Shown in pieces: positions 12,831-23,744 of a DNA stretch of 64,000 bases. Under the pieces are notes generated by a model. It was not told where the DNA came from, did not search any database, and saw only the letters and a program-made list of their open reading frames with translations. The stretch lies in NCBI GenBank assembly GCA_050246755.1, contig JBFWVL010000001.1:992001-1056000 (forward strand). The letters run 5' to 3'. Source of the stretch: Bacteriovoracia bacterium (lineage in GTDB: Bacteria; Bdellovibrionota; UBA1018; CAIPTA01). Made by a program: the position numbers and the translations under genes. Position 1 is the first letter of the stretch; each line of letters starts with the position of its first letter.

Positions 12831-13016
12831 TTAGAAGCTGGACTTAGTCACACCGGGGAGCTGCCCGGTTAGTGCTAGTTTACGGAAGCAAATACGGCAC
12901 ATGTTGAACTTCCGCATGAAAGCCCGAGGGCGTCCGCAGAGAGGGCAACGATTCTTGTGCCGCACCTTGAACTTCGGCGCCTTCTTCATTTTTTCTAACT
13001 TACACTTCTTAGACAT
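12831..13016 (-). CDS. rpsN: 30S ribosomal protein uS14 (Zn-binding short type)
   Basis: RCPLCGRPR...CRICFR; 61 aa. Confidence 0.97.
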   Translation of the reverse strand: MSKKCKLEKMKKAPKFKVRHKNRCPLCGRPRAFMRKFNMCRICFRKLALTGQLPGVTKSSF

Positions 13017-13028
13017 TCATCAGCTCCC

Positions 13029-13709
13029 TTATTTCCTGAACGGCATGCCGAGTTCGGCTAACAACATTCGCGCCGACTCGTTGTCTTTCGCGGTGGTTAC
13101 GAACGTAATATTCATGCCACGCGCCTTATCCACTCGGTCAAAATTGATCTCAGGGAAGATAACTTGCTCACGAAGACCAAGAGTATAGTTACCGCGTCCA
13201 TCGAAAGACTTTGGGCTAACGCCGCGGAAGTCGCGCACGCGAGGCAAAGATACGTTCATGAGGCGATCCATGAACTCGTACATACGTTTATTTCTAAGAG
13301 TAACCATGGCACCCAGAGGAATTCCTTTGCGCAATTTGAATGCCGCGATGGCTTTTTTGGCGCGAGTAGGAATGGGCTTCTGGCCGGTGATCACTGCCAG
13401 TTCGGCGGTGAGGTTATCGAGAATTTTCGGGTTAGCAACGGCGTCTTTCGTAACGGCGTTTACTACGATCCGAGTAATTTTCGGCACTTCCATAGGATTC
13501 GTGAGATTCAGCTTCTTCATCAAGCTGGGAACAATTACTTCTTCATATTGCTTGCGCAAACGAGGAAATTTGTTCGCCTTCGGATCATTAGCGCCGGCAA
13601 GTTCAAAGAGCGAACCTACGGCTCCTTTGGACTTCTTCGTGCCTTCTTTTTTCGGAGCGGCGGCCTTCGGGGCTGCTTCGGATGCTTCTTTTTTCTTTTC
13701 GTCTGCCAT
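13029..13709 (-). CDS. rplE: 50S ribosomal protein uL5 with a ~47-aa N-extension
   Basis: [28 protein letters not shown]; SD AGGAAG before ATG 13709. Confidence 0.98.
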   Translation of the reverse strand: MADEKKKEASEAAPKAAAPKKEGTKKSKGAVGSLFELAGANDPKANKFPRLRKQYEEVIVPSLMKKLNLTNPMEVPKITRIVVNAVTKDAVANPKILDNLTAELAVITGQKPIPTRAKKAIAAFKLRKGIPLGAMVTLRNKRMYEFMDRLMNVSLPRVRDFRGVSPKSFDGRGNYTLGLREQVIFPEINFDRVDKARGMNITFVTTAKDNESARMLLAELGMPFRK

Positions 13710-13727
13710 AATTACTTCCTAAATCGC

Positions 13728-14096
13728 TTAAAGAACTTCAGGTGCCAAAGAGATAATTTTTGCGTAACCAGCACCGCGAAGCTCTCTCGCGATGGGGCCG
13801 AAGATACGCGTTCCTACCGGCTCTTTCTGGGCGTTAATCAAAACTGCTGCGTTATCGTCGAAACGAATATAAGAGCCGTCGGGGCGCTTAATTTCTTTTT
13901 TCGTACGAACGATTACGGCTTTAACCACGTCGCCTTTTTTTACTTTCGACCCAGTGTCGGAAACCTTCACCGTGGCCACAATAATATCGCCAATCGAAGC
14001 GTAACGACGACGGGTGCCACCAAGAACGCGGATACATTGAATCGCGCGGGCGCCCGAATTGTCTGCTACGTCGAGATTTGATTCTTGCTGGATCAT
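13728..14096 (-). CDS. rplN: 50S ribosomal protein uL14
   Basis: [28 protein letters not shown]. Confidence 0.99.
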   Translation of the reverse strand: MIQQESNLDVADNSGARAIQCIRVLGGTRRRYASIGDIIVATVKVSDTGSKVKKGDVVKAVIVRTKKEIKRPDGSYIRFDDNAAVLINAQKEPVGTRIFGPIARELRGAGYAKIISLAPEVL

Positions 14097-14123
14097 TTCT
14101 ACTCCCTATTCGCTAAATGCGAA

Positions 14124-14399
14124 CTAAACCCCTGAAGCCTTACGAAGAATATTTTTCAAAGCGTACCGCTTGTCTTTGCTAAGCGGACGAGTGGTCACCA
14201 ACTGCACTAAATCGCCAATCGAGGCTGAGTTAGTTTCGTCGTGAGCCTTCACCTTTTTGGTCTTGGTGATAAACTTACCATATTTAGCATGACGAATGCG
14301 GCGGTCTAATTTTACAACGATAGTTTTCTGCATTTTATTGCTGATAACCACGCCCACTTCTTCGCGCTTCGGTTTTGCTGCAATTACTTTCTTTTCCAT
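14124..14399 (-). CDS. rpsQ: 30S ribosomal protein uS17
   Basis: [19 protein letters not shown]. Confidence 0.97.
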   Translation of the reverse strand: MEKKVIAAKPKREEVGVVISNKMQKTIVVKLDRRIRHAKYGKFITKTKKVKAHDETNSASIGDLVQLVTTRPLSKDKRYALKNILRKASGV

Positions 14400-14417
14400 A
14401 AATCTGTCCTTTTTCTA

Positions 14418-14633
14418 TTACGCGCGCGCGCTCGCCTTAGTGGTGATTGCGGTCTTAATTCTGGCCAATTCTTTCCGGGCAAGCTTCGTCATTGCGGTGC
14501 TAGCCAACTGGCCGGTTTTCGACTGCATGCGAAGCTGAAAAATATGGTCTTCGAGCTCGAGAATCTTCGAGCGAAGCTCCTTCTCGCCCAATCCTTTGAT
14601 TTCTTTTTTTAACTTCGAAATTCTGTGCGCCAT
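14418..14633 (-). CDS. rpmC: 50S ribosomal protein uL29
   Basis: FQLRMQ..TGQL, RKELARIKT; operon position. Confidence 0.95.
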   Translation of the reverse strand: MAHRISKLKKEIKGLGEKELRSKILELEDHIFQLRMQSKTGQLASTAMTKLARKELARIKTAITTKASARA

Positions 14634-14643
14634 AATCTTCTAC

Positions 14644-15072
14644 CTACTTAGCTGCGGCGGCAGCCGAAGCCTTTGCAATAATTTTTGTTTTCAAAGGCAA
14701 CTTGTAGTTTGCCAAGCTGAGGGCACTGTCGGCTTCAGCTTTAGTTACACCTTTGATTTCATAAAGGATGCGGCCCGGTTTGATCACGCAAACCCAGTCT
14801 TCCACGTTACCTTTACCGCTACCCATCCGCGTCTCAGCTGCCTTCTTAGTACGAGGCTTGTCTGGGAAAATGCGAATCCACATCTGGCCACCTTTTTTGG
14901 TGTACTTAGACACGGCGATACGCGCTGCTTCAATCTGACGCGACGTTATATAACCGCATTCAGCTGCCTGCAAGCCGTAATCCCCATGAAGTAGGGTATT
15001 GCCACGAAGGCATTTGCCTTTCATGTTTCCTTTTTGCTGCTTACGCCATTTAACTCTTTTTGGGGCTAGCAC
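14644..15072 (-). CDS. rplP: 50S ribosomal protein uL16
   Basis: [26 protein letters not shown]. Confidence 0.99.
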   Translation of the reverse strand: MLAPKRVKWRKQQKGNMKGKCLRGNTLLHGDYGLQAAECGYITSRQIEAARIAVSKYTKKGGQMWIRIFPDKPRTKKAAETRMGSGKGNVEDWVCVIKPGRILYEIKGVTKAEADSALSLANYKLPLKTKIIAKASAAAAAK

Positions 15073-15081
15073 TGGCTCTCC

Positions 15082-15762
15082 TTACTTTCTATCGTTCTGG
15101 GTGTTAGCTGCAGCCTCAGCGCCTTTGCCAGGCTTACGGAGGGGAACGTCACCTTTATAAATCCATGTTTTGATTCCGATGATGCCGTACGTGGTATGGG
15201 CTTCAGCAGTTCCATAATCAATATCAGCTCTTAGCGTATGAAGCGGGATGCTTCCTTCGCTATAGCCTTCAGTTCGGGCGATCTCTGCTCCGCCAACACG
15301 ACCAGAAACACGAACCTTGATTCCGCGTACTCCCATTTTAATGGCAGTAGCGAGCGCCTTCTTCATCGCGCGACGGAAAGCTACCCGCTTTTCAAGCTGG
15401 GCGCCAATCGACTCTGACACCAGGGTCGCATCGATTTCGGGCTTACGTACTTCGAGAATATTAAGAAGCAATTCATTTTTCGTGAGTGCTTGCACTTCTT
15501 CGCGCAGTTGGTCTACGCCAGAGCCTTTTTTCCCAATAATAAGACCAGGACGAGCGCTGTAAACGTTTACTTTTACTTTATTTGCGGCTCTTTCGATTTC
15601 AATTTTTGAAATACCAGCCTGGTAAAGCTTCTTCTTCAAGAATTTCTTGATGAGGATGTCTTCGTGAAGAAGCTCAGCATAGTTCTTTTTTGCGAACCAG
15701 CGAGAATCCCAGGTACGGGTTATGCCAAGACGGAATCCAATCGGATTAGTTTTTTGACCCAT
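15082..15762 (-). CDS. rpsC: 30S ribosomal protein uS3
   Basis: [34 protein letters not shown]. Confidence 0.99.
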   Translation of the reverse strand: MGQKTNPIGFRLGITRTWDSRWFAKKNYAELLHEDILIKKFLKKKLYQAGISKIEIERAANKVKVNVYSARPGLIIGKKGSGVDQLREEVQALTKNELLLNILEVRKPEIDATLVSESIGAQLEKRVAFRRAMKKALATAIKMGVRGIKVRVSGRVGGAEIARTEGYSEGSIPLHTLRADIDYGTAEAHTTYGIIGIKTWIYKGDVPLRKPGKGAEAAANTQNDRK

Positions 15763-15765
15763 GGT

Positions 15766-16104
15766 CTACCTTTCCTCCAGAATCACAGTGATATGGCTAG
15801 TCTTTTTCAAAATCCGCATGCCCTGGCCTTTTGCGCGCGAAGTAAAGCGCTTCATCGTGGGGCCTTGGTCAACCAGAAGCGACTTAATGAAGAGATTATC
15901 TACATCAACTCGGCCTTTCTGTTCGGCATTGGCTACCGCGCTTTCCACTACAGTGGCGATCGTGTGAGCCGTGCGCTTACGTGGGTTAAACTTCAGAATA
16001 GTGAGGGCATCGTTAACCGATTTCCCACGAACCATATCTGAAACCAACCGCACTTTTCGCGGAGTGATTCGGATGTGCCTAGCAATTGCTTTAGATGCTG
16101 CCAT
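15766..16104 (-). CDS. rplV: 50S ribosomal protein uL22
   Basis: TPRKVRLV, SAVANAE, TSHITV. Confidence 0.98.
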   Translation of the reverse strand: MAASKAIARHIRITPRKVRLVSDMVRGKSVNDALTILKFNPRKRTAHTIATVVESAVANAEQKGRVDVDNLFIKSLLVDQGPTMKRFTSRAKGQGMRILKKTSHITVILEER

Positions 16105-16113
16105 AAATCCTCG

Positions 16114-16467
16114 TTACTTCTTCGCCGCGGGCGCTGCTGGAGCTGCCGCGGGCGCTGCTGCAGGAGCTGCGCTTGCGCCGCCACCACCAGCCGATGCTTC
16201 TTTTTTATCTGCCATAGTATGTCCATGGAAAGTACGCGTAGGTGCAAACTCGCCTACTTTGTGTCCAACCATGTTTTCCGTTACGTAAACCGGAATAAAC
16301 TTTTTGCCGTTATGAACAGCAAACGTAAGACCCACGAAATCCGGCAAGATCATCGAACGACGCGACCACGTCTTAATCGCTTTCTTGTCGTTGGTCTCCT
16401 TAGCCTTCTCCACTTTTCCAATCAAGTGAGAGTCTACGAAGGGGCCTTTTTTAAGTGAACGTCCCAT
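16114..16467 (-). CDS. rpsS: 30S ribosomal protein uS19 with an Ala/Pro-rich C-tail
   Basis: [25 protein letters not shown]. Confidence 0.99.
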   Translation of the reverse strand: MGRSLKKGPFVDSHLIGKVEKAKETNDKKAIKTWSRRSMILPDFVGLTFAVHNGKKFIPVYVTENMVGHKVGEFAPTRTFHGHTMADKKEASAGGGGASAAPAAAPAAAPAAPAAKK

Positions 16468-16477
16468 CTCTTACTCC

Positions 16478-17296
16478 TTAGCGACGGCGCTTCACGATGA
16501 AGCCGTCGGTACGTTTATTATTTCTAGTTTTAAGACCTTTGGTGTACCAGCCCCACGGAGAACGGGGGAGACCACCGGAAGCCTTACCCTCACCACCACC
16601 CATGGGGTGATCGATGGGATTCATCGCTACGCCGCGTACCGTGGGACGAATCCCCATCTTGCGCGAACGGCCAGCCTTGCCAATCGTGATATTCTCGTGT
16701 TCGGTATTGCCCACTTGACCAATAGTGGCGCGGCAGTCAAGGAGCACTCGACGAGTTTCGCCAGACGGCATGCGGATCTGACCGTATTCACCTTCACGAC
16801 CCAGAATCTGCGCATAGGCACCGGCAGAGCGAACCATTTGGCCGCCCTTTCCGGGACGAAGCTCGATATTATGGATCAAGGTTCCCACCGGAATATTCTT
16901 TAAGCTGAGGGTATTTCCCGGCTTAATGTCGGCCTCTTCACTTGAGATTACCGAATCACCAACATTTAAATTGATGGGGGCAAGAATATAACGCTTTTCG
17001 CCGTCCACATACTGCAAGAGAGCGATATACGAAGTGCGGTTAGGATCATATTCCAGGGCCACTACTTTGGCCGGAATTCCAACTTTATCGCGCTTGAAAT
17101 CGATCAAACGGTAATGCTGACGAACACCTCCACCATGGTGGCGCGTGGTGATACGGCCGTGGTTGTTGCGGCCCGCATGAGATTTCTTCGACTCCAGAAG
17201 GCTCTTTTCAGGATCCTTTTTCGTGAGGACGCTGAAATCCGCCGTAGTCATGTATCGTCGTGCCGGCGTTATGGGTCGATATGTTTTTACTGCCAT
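16478..17296 (-). CDS. rplB: 50S ribosomal protein uL2
   Basis: [27 protein letters not shown]. Confidence 0.99.
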   Translation of the reverse strand: MAVKTYRPITPARRYMTTADFSVLTKKDPEKSLLESKKSHAGRNNHGRITTRHHGGGVRQHYRLIDFKRDKVGIPAKVVALEYDPNRTSYIALLQYVDGEKRYILAPINLNVGDSVISSEEADIKPGNTLSLKNIPVGTLIHNIELRPGKGGQMVRSAGAYAQILGREGEYGQIRMPSGETRRVLLDCRATIGQVGNTEHENITIGKAGRSRKMGIRPTVRGVAMNPIDHPMGGGEGKASGGLPRSPWGWYTKGLKTRNNKRTDGFIVKRRR

Positions 17297-17351
17297 GTCG
17301 TTACCTTTCCCTGTTCAACAGTTTTTCAGCCAATAAGGCTCTACCTACTGC

Positions 17352-17639
17352 TTAAACTCCCTTAAAGAATTCAATTTTTTCACCCTGCTTGAGGGTGACC
17401 ATTGCTTTTTTCCAAGACGCCGATTTGGCCTCACGAGTTTTCGTGCGGTAAGCCTTGCCCGGAACAACGGTGGTATTAACTTTTGCTACCTTCACCTTAA
17501 AAAAGCGCTCTACGGCTTCTTTAATCTGCGGTTTAGTCGCGCCCAAAGTTACTTCGAAAGCGACCTGATTAATGGCCTCCGCCTGCGCAGTACTTTTTTC
17601 GCTCAAAATTGGTCTTTTAATTACATTGATGGCTGCCAT
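17352..17639 (-). CDS. rplW: 50S ribosomal protein uL23
   Basis: PILSEKS, ATKPQIKEAVE, WKKAMVTL; start moved to ATG 17639 (GGAG SD). Confidence 0.97.
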   Translation of the reverse strand: MAAINVIKRPILSEKSTAQAEAINQVAFEVTLGATKPQIKEAVERFFKVKVAKVNTTVVPGKAYRTKTREAKSASWKKAMVTLKQGEKIEFFKGV

Positions 17640-17649
17640 TTTTTGCTCC

Positions 17650-18288
17650 TTACGCCTTAGCCGCTTTAGTAGAGGCCAAGCGCTCACCCATTGCCAGGGC
17701 GGCTTTCTTAGAAACAACTAACCACTCATGATTCACTACGTCGTAAACATTCAGTCCTTCGGAACGAAGGTATTTATGTTTTGCGAGGTTACGAGCCGCA
17801 AGTTCTAAATTTTTATTTTCGCCGTCCACGATCAAGGCCTTGGAAAACCCGAAAGTGCTAAGCACACCAACAATCTCCTTGGTCTTAGGCTTAGCAAATT
17901 TGAGGTCATCAATGATGATCAATCGATCGCTAGCAAATTTATCCGAAAGCGCCGAACGCATTGCCGCTTGAGCCATTTTTTTTGGAAAAGCCTTAAAATA
18001 AGAGCGCGGCTTAGGACCAAAACTCTCACCGCCACCCGGCATCAAAGGCGAACGGGTAGAACCCTGACGGGCATTACCAGTTCCTTTTTGCTTGAATGGC
18101 TTGCGCCCACCGCCGCGAACTTCGGCTTTGGTTTTCGTAGAAGCCGTACCGCGCCGACGACCAGCAAGCTGAGTTACCACTGCTTGGTGGATAATCGCCG
18201 TGCTCACCTCGGTTTTGAAAACCGAGTCCGGAAGATCGACCGTGCCGACTTCTTGATTCTTTAGATTAAAAACTTTTACGACTGCCAT
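17650..18288 (-). CDS. rplD: 50S ribosomal protein uL4
   Basis: GGGRKPFKQKGTGNARQG, FGPKPR. Confidence 0.99.
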   Translation of the reverse strand: MAVVKVFNLKNQEVGTVDLPDSVFKTEVSTAIIHQAVVTQLAGRRRGTASTKTKAEVRGGGRKPFKQKGTGNARQGSTRSPLMPGGGESFGPKPRSYFKAFPKKMAQAAMRSALSDKFASDRLIIIDDLKFAKPKTKEIVGVLSTFGFSKALIVDGENKNLELAARNLAKHKYLRSEGLNVYDVVNHEWLVVSKKAALAMGERLASTKAAKA

Positions 18289-18302
18289 ATTCTATCCTGT
18301 TC

Positions 18303-19025
18303 TTATTTAGCCGCTGGCTTCTTCGCATTGGCTTTTTTTATTGCCTTGGTAATACGAATAGTGCCGCTCTTACAGCCAGGAACCGCACCCTCAATAAGAA
18401 GAAGCTTGTTCTCAGCATCGTAAGCAAAAACTTTAAGGTTCTGCGTGGTTTGAGTCTCTTGGCCCATATGTCTGGCCATTTTGTGCCCAGGGAAAACGCG
18501 GCCAGGATCGGCGCGGTTACCAATGGAGCCAGGGCTACGGTGGGAAACAGAGTGACCGTGAGTGGCTGGCTGTCCGCCGAAGTTCCACATCTTCATTACG
18601 CCCTGAAAACCTTTACCCTTAGTCGTGCCCTGCACGTCAATCACAGTGCCGGGCTTCAAGAAATCGAGGCTAACCACAGATCCCACATTGATAGCAGCGT
18701 CGGCTTTCGGCAAGCGGAACTCTTCCACGTGATAGAAACCAGGAGATCCGGCTTTCTGAAAGTGACCCTTCGTAGCTTTGTTCACACGTTGCGCTTTTTT
18801 TGCACGAAACCCAAGCTGAACGCTATTGTAGCCTTCTTTTTCCTTCGTCTTTACTTGGGTCACAACAGTGCTCTCTTCCAAGCTCACCACAGTAACAGCA
18901 ACAGATAGACCATCGTCATTATAGATACGGGTCATTCCGGACTTAACGCCGTAAATTACAGGAATCGCCACTGCGGACTTTTCTGTTCCACCCGCAGCCT
19001 GATTTTCCATATTATTTTCGCTCAT
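18303..19025 (-). CDS. rplC: 50S ribosomal protein uL3
   Basis: KSGMT, KGKGFQG, HRSPGSIG, GAVPG. Confidence 0.98.
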   Translation of the reverse strand: MSENNMENQAAGGTEKSAVAIPVIYGVKSGMTRIYNDDGLSVAVTVVSLEESTVVTQVKTKEKEGYNSVQLGFRAKKAQRVNKATKGHFQKAGSPGFYHVEEFRLPKADAAINVGSVVSLDFLKPGTVIDVQGTTKGKGFQGVMKMWNFGGQPATHGHSVSHRSPGSIGNRADPGRVFPGHKMARHMGQETQTTQNLKVFAYDAENKLLLIEGAVPGCKSGTIRITKAIKKANAKKPAAK

Positions 19026-19052
19026 AATTTCACTCCAAGAATCTCAATCCGA

Positions 19053-19357
19053 CTAGGACTTAATCTCTACGTCCACACCGGCCGAGAGATCGAGCTTCAT
19101 CAAAGAATCTACCGTTTGCTGGGTAGGCTCGAGGATGTCGATCAAGCGCTTGTGGGTACGAACTTCGAATTGTTCACGCGATTTTTTATCGATGTGAGGC
19201 GAACGAAGTACGGTGTACTTATTGATCACCGTCGGCAACGGAATCGGGCCGGCAACTTTCGCGCCGGTCTGCTTCGCGGTGTTTACGATCTCCCAAACAG
19301 ATTGATCGAGAACGCGGTGATCAAATGCTTTTAATTTAATGCGGATTTTAGTTTCCA

Positions 19358-19358
<1 letters not shown>
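19053..19358 (-). CDS. rpsJ: 30S ribosomal protein uS10
   Basis: [30 protein letters not shown]. Confidence 0.99.
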
Positions 19359-20548
<1,190 letters not shown>

Positions 20549-20591
20549 GACTACTAGCCTCCCTAAACAAAATACGTTAACTAAACAAAAT

Positions 20592-22679
20592 CTATTCAAT
20601 CCCAGTGATTCTATAGCGAATCTCTTTCGCTATAGCCGGGGCAACTAAATCGTAACGAGCCGGTTCCATTGTGTAACTAGCGCGACCCTGACTCATCGAC
20701 CGCAGTTTCGTCGAGTAGCCAAACATCTCTTTCAGCGGAACCTCGCTCTTGATCACCTGGATCCCAGAACGAGGATTCATGCTTAATACGCGCCCACGTC
20801 GACCGTTCAAGTCCCCTATAATTTCGCCCATACATTCATCAGGGGTGACGATCTCGCAGCTCATGATCGGCTCCAGCAAAACTGGCTTAGCTTTCTCACA
20901 TGCTGCTCTAAATGCTAGAGTTGAAGCGATTTTGAAGGCGATTTCGGAGGATTCAGCCTCTCGAAAGCTACCGTCGACCAATACAACCCGGATGTCCACT
21001 ATGGGAAATCCGGCAAAAACTCCTGCGTCCAGAGCTTCTATCACACCCTGTTTTACCGAGCCAATAAATTTTTCGGGGATTTTCAGAGGAGAACACTCGT
21101 TCGCGAACTCGAATCCGGCGCCCCGCGCCCGGGGAGAAATGCGCACTACGCAATGGCCGAAATGGTTCTTGCCGGCCATCACACGCTCTATTACGGAAGA
21201 ACCATCCGCCTCAGCCGAAATGGTTTCGCGATAAGATACCTGCGGACTGCCCACATTGGCGTCCACCTTGAACTCCCGCACCAGGCGGTCCCGAATGATC
21301 TCGAGGTGCAGCTCACCCATGCCGCTGATAAGCATTTGGCCCGTCTCGTCATTAGCAGAAACCTTGAAGGTGGGGTCTTCCAAAGATAACATCTCTAATG
21401 ATTTCTTTAACTTATCTGTATCGCCCTGAGTTTTGGGCTCAATCGCCATAGAAATCACTGGCTCGGGAAAGTCCATTTTTTCAAGCAAAATAGGTGAGTC
21501 TTCATCGCAAAGAGTGTCGCCGGTGGAGGTGAAACGCAGGCCAATGGCAGCTGCGATCTCCCCCGTACTAATTGACTGAATTTCTTCCCGCTTATTGGCA
21601 TGCATCAGCAACAGCTTAGAAACCTTCTCTTTACGGTTCTTGGAGGCGTTATGAGTGGCCCTCCCAACCTCGAGCTTGCCACTATAGACGCGAATAAAGG
21701 TGAGCACGCCCGAAAAGGAGTCATTAGCGATCTTAAAAGCCAGGGCCGAAAATGGCTCGGCGTCGGAAGGCTTGCGCTCAACTTCCTTATCAAGATCTTT
21801 AGGATCGTGGCCCTTCATTGGAGGCACATCGAGGGGAGAAGGAAGATAGGCAATAACCGCATCCAGCAACGCCTGCACGCCGATATTCTTGAAAGACGCC
21901 CCACAAGTAACTGGAATTAGCTTACCCGCAACGGCTCCCTTGCGAAGAGCGGCCACAATCTCCTGCTCGCTAATAGGTTCTTCCATGATAAATTTTTCGG
22001 CGAGTGAATCATCTACGGCAGTTACCTCGTCCATCAGCTTCGCCCGGGCGGCGGCGGCGGCTTCCTGGAGTTCCGAGGGGATTTCGGTTTCAGTAAACGT
22101 ATCGGCGGTGCTTCCGCTGGCCCATACGAATGCCTTCATTTTTACCAGGTCGATCAAGCCAGTGAACCTATCCTCGGCTCCGATCGGGATCTGAATCGGA
22201 ACAGGATTAGCGCGGAGCTTTTGGCGGATCTCTTCCACGACGGCCATGAAATCCGCACCAACTCTATCCATTTTATTTATATATGCAACTCGCGGCACAT
22301 GATAGCGATCGGCTTGCCGCCAAACAGTTTCGCTCTGTGGCTCGACGCCGCCGACGGCACAAAATACCGCCACAGCACCATCAAGCACACGCAAAGAGCG
22401 CTCAACCTCAATGGTGAAATCCACGTGCCCGGGGGTGTCGATAATATTGATTCGGTGGTCTTTCCACTGACACGTCGTAGCCGCGGCGGTAATGGTGATC
22501 CCGCGCTCTTGCTCTTGCGGCATCCAATCCATGGTAGCCGTGCCATCATGGACTTCCCCCAGGCGATGAACTTTTTTCGTATAGAAAAGAATGCGCTCAG
22601 TGGTGGTGGTCTTGCCGGCATCAATGTGGGCCATGATGCCGATATTGCGCATTGATTTTAGAGCGGCGGGGCTAGACAT
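20592..22679 (-). CDS. fusA: elongation factor G paralog with degenerate domain IV loops (probably recycling-type)
   Basis: [23 protein letters not shown]; position between rpsG and tuf; likely start ATG 22679. Confidence 0.93.
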   Translation of the reverse strand: MSSPAALKSMRNIGIMAHIDAGKTTTTERILFYTKKVHRLGEVHDGTATMDWMPQEQERGITITAAATTCQWKDHRINIIDTPGHVDFTIEVERSLRVLDGAVAVFCAVGGVEPQSETVWRQADRYHVPRVAYINKMDRVGADFMAVVEEIRQKLRANPVPIQIPIGAEDRFTGLIDLVKMKAFVWASGSTADTFTETEIPSELQEAAAAARAKLMDEVTAVDDSLAEKFIMEEPISEQEIVAALRKGAVAGKLIPVTCGASFKNIGVQALLDAVIAYLPSPLDVPPMKGHDPKDLDKEVERKPSDAEPFSALAFKIANDSFSGVLTFIRVYSGKLEVGRATHNASKNRKEKVSKLLLMHANKREEIQSISTGEIAAAIGLRFTSTGDTLCDEDSPILLEKMDFPEPVISMAIEPKTQGDTDKLKKSLEMLSLEDPTFKVSANDETGQMLISGMGELHLEIIRDRLVREFKVDANVGSPQVSYRETISAEADGSSVIERVMAGKNHFGHCVVRISPRARGAGFEFANECSPLKIPEKFIGSVKQGVIEALDAGVFAGFPIVDIRVVLVDGSFREAESSEIAFKIASTLAFRAACEKAKPVLLEPIMSCEIVTPDECMGEIIGDLNGRRGRVLSMNPRSGIQVIKSEVPLKEMFGYSTKLRSMSQGRASYTMEPARYDLVAPAIAKEIRYRITGIE

Positions 22680-22737
22680 ACATATGTGCGGCAGTATCTC
22701 GTGAGACTTGCCGCAACCTCTTAGTAAAAAAACATAC

Positions 22738-22767
22738 AAAAAAGCCCGCGGCACTTGCGGGCTTTTT
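22738..22767 (-). terminator. intrinsic terminator between rpsG and fusA
   Basis: Minus strand AAAAAGCCCGC-AAGTGCC-GCGGGCTTTTTT. Confidence 0.75.
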
Positions 22768-22778
22768 CGGAAAAAAAT

Positions 22779-23252
22779 CTAGAAACGGAAATGGGAGAAA
22801 GCTTTATTTGCTTCAGCCATACGATGCACGTCTTCACGACGCTTAATCGCTCCACCACGCATCTGGAAAGCATCCATGAACTCGCCGGCAAGGCGCTCTC
22901 TCATGCTTTTCTCGGTGCGTTTACGTGCAAATTCAATAATCCAGCGAGATGAAAGCGATTGGCGACGGGAAGGACGAACCTCTACGGGAACTTGGTAGTT
23001 GGCACCACCCACGCGACGGCTTTTTACTTCCACGTGCGGCTTAACATTATCGATCGCCTTCTTAAAAACTTTAAGGGGATCTTCACCATTCATTTTTTCT
23101 TGAATGATATCAAGGGAGCCGTAAAGGATTCCCTCGGCTACGGATTTTTTTCCGCCACGCATGAGAGCGTTAACGAATTTCGTGATCACGAGATCATGAA
23201 ATTTTGGATCCGGGATAATTTCTCTTTTAGCGATAACTTTTTTACGACCCAC
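22779..23252 (-). CDS. rpsG: 30S ribosomal protein uS7
   Basis: [24 protein letters not shown]. Confidence 0.99.
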   Translation of the reverse strand: MGRKKVIAKREIIPDPKFHDLVITKFVNALMRGGKKSVAEGILYGSLDIIQEKMNGEDPLKVFKKAIDNVKPHVEVKSRRVGGANYQVPVEVRPSRRQSLSSRWIIEFARKRTEKSMRERLAGEFMDAFQMRGGAIKRREDVHRMAEANKAFSHFRF

Positions 23253-23295
23253 TGATACTCCTAGTAAATTTCTTGGTCAGCCCTTGGCTTCCTAA

Positions 23296-23676
23296 TTAAG
23301 TAGATTTAGCAGGGCGCTTCGCGCCGTACTTAGAGCGACTTTGTTTACGGTTCGCAACGCCTTGAGCATCGAGAGTTCCGCGAATGGTATGGTAACGAAC
23401 GCCGGGAAGATCTTTTACCCGGCCGCCGCGAATCAAAACAATGGAGTGCTCTTGCAGATTATGGCCGATACCAGGGATATAGCTGGAAACTTCCATCCCG
23501 TTGGTAAGGCGAACCCGGCAAACTTTCCGCAAGGCGGAGTTCGGTTTCTTAGGAGTGGTGGTATAAACACGAGTACAAACACCACGCTTTTGTGGGCACG
23601 CTTTAAGGGCGGGCGATGCAGTACGCACGCGCTTGTCGTGTCTTCCCTTTTTGATCAGTTGGCTAATTGTCGGCAT
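23296..23676 (-). CDS. rpsL: 30S ribosomal protein uS12
   Basis: [22 protein letters not shown]. Confidence 0.99.
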   Translation of the reverse strand: MPTISQLIKKGRHDKRVRTASPALKACPQKRGVCTRVYTTTPKKPNSALRKVCRVRLTNGMEVSSYIPGIGHNLQEHSIVLIRGGRVKDLPGVRYHTIRGTLDAQGVANRKQSRSKYGAKRPAKST

Positions 23677-23701
23677 CCGGTCATTTCCTTCTTGAGGCTT
23701 G

Positions 23702-23731
23702 TCTATAGCAAGCTTCCTTTTAGAGCGTCAA
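23702..23731 (-). promoter_or_regulatory. sigma70-type promoter of the str operon
   Basis: TTGACG-18nt-TATAGA with TG extension, ~25 nt before rpsL. Confidence 0.65.
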
Positions 23732-23744
23732 GTGAATCCAAATC

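Noticed and set aside
13560-13709. uL5 N-extension as a fused remnant of uL24 ([10 protein letters not shown] loosely resembles uL24 DPKTGKPTR)
   Set aside because: No KOW motif, low complexity, and I recall similar MADEKK extensions in Myxococcota uL5 where rplX is retained; the similarity is too short to support.
18501-18540. uL3 has Asn at the position of E. coli methylated Gln150 (GSIGN)
   Set aside because: This position varies widely among bacteria; not informative alone.
20549-22754. ORF-track N-terminal extensions of tuf (20599) and fusA (22754); likewise queA (2809), tadA (2568), rplW (17717), secE (35428)
   Set aside because: They run through terminators, neighbouring genes or promoters; downstream starts fit homology or SD better.
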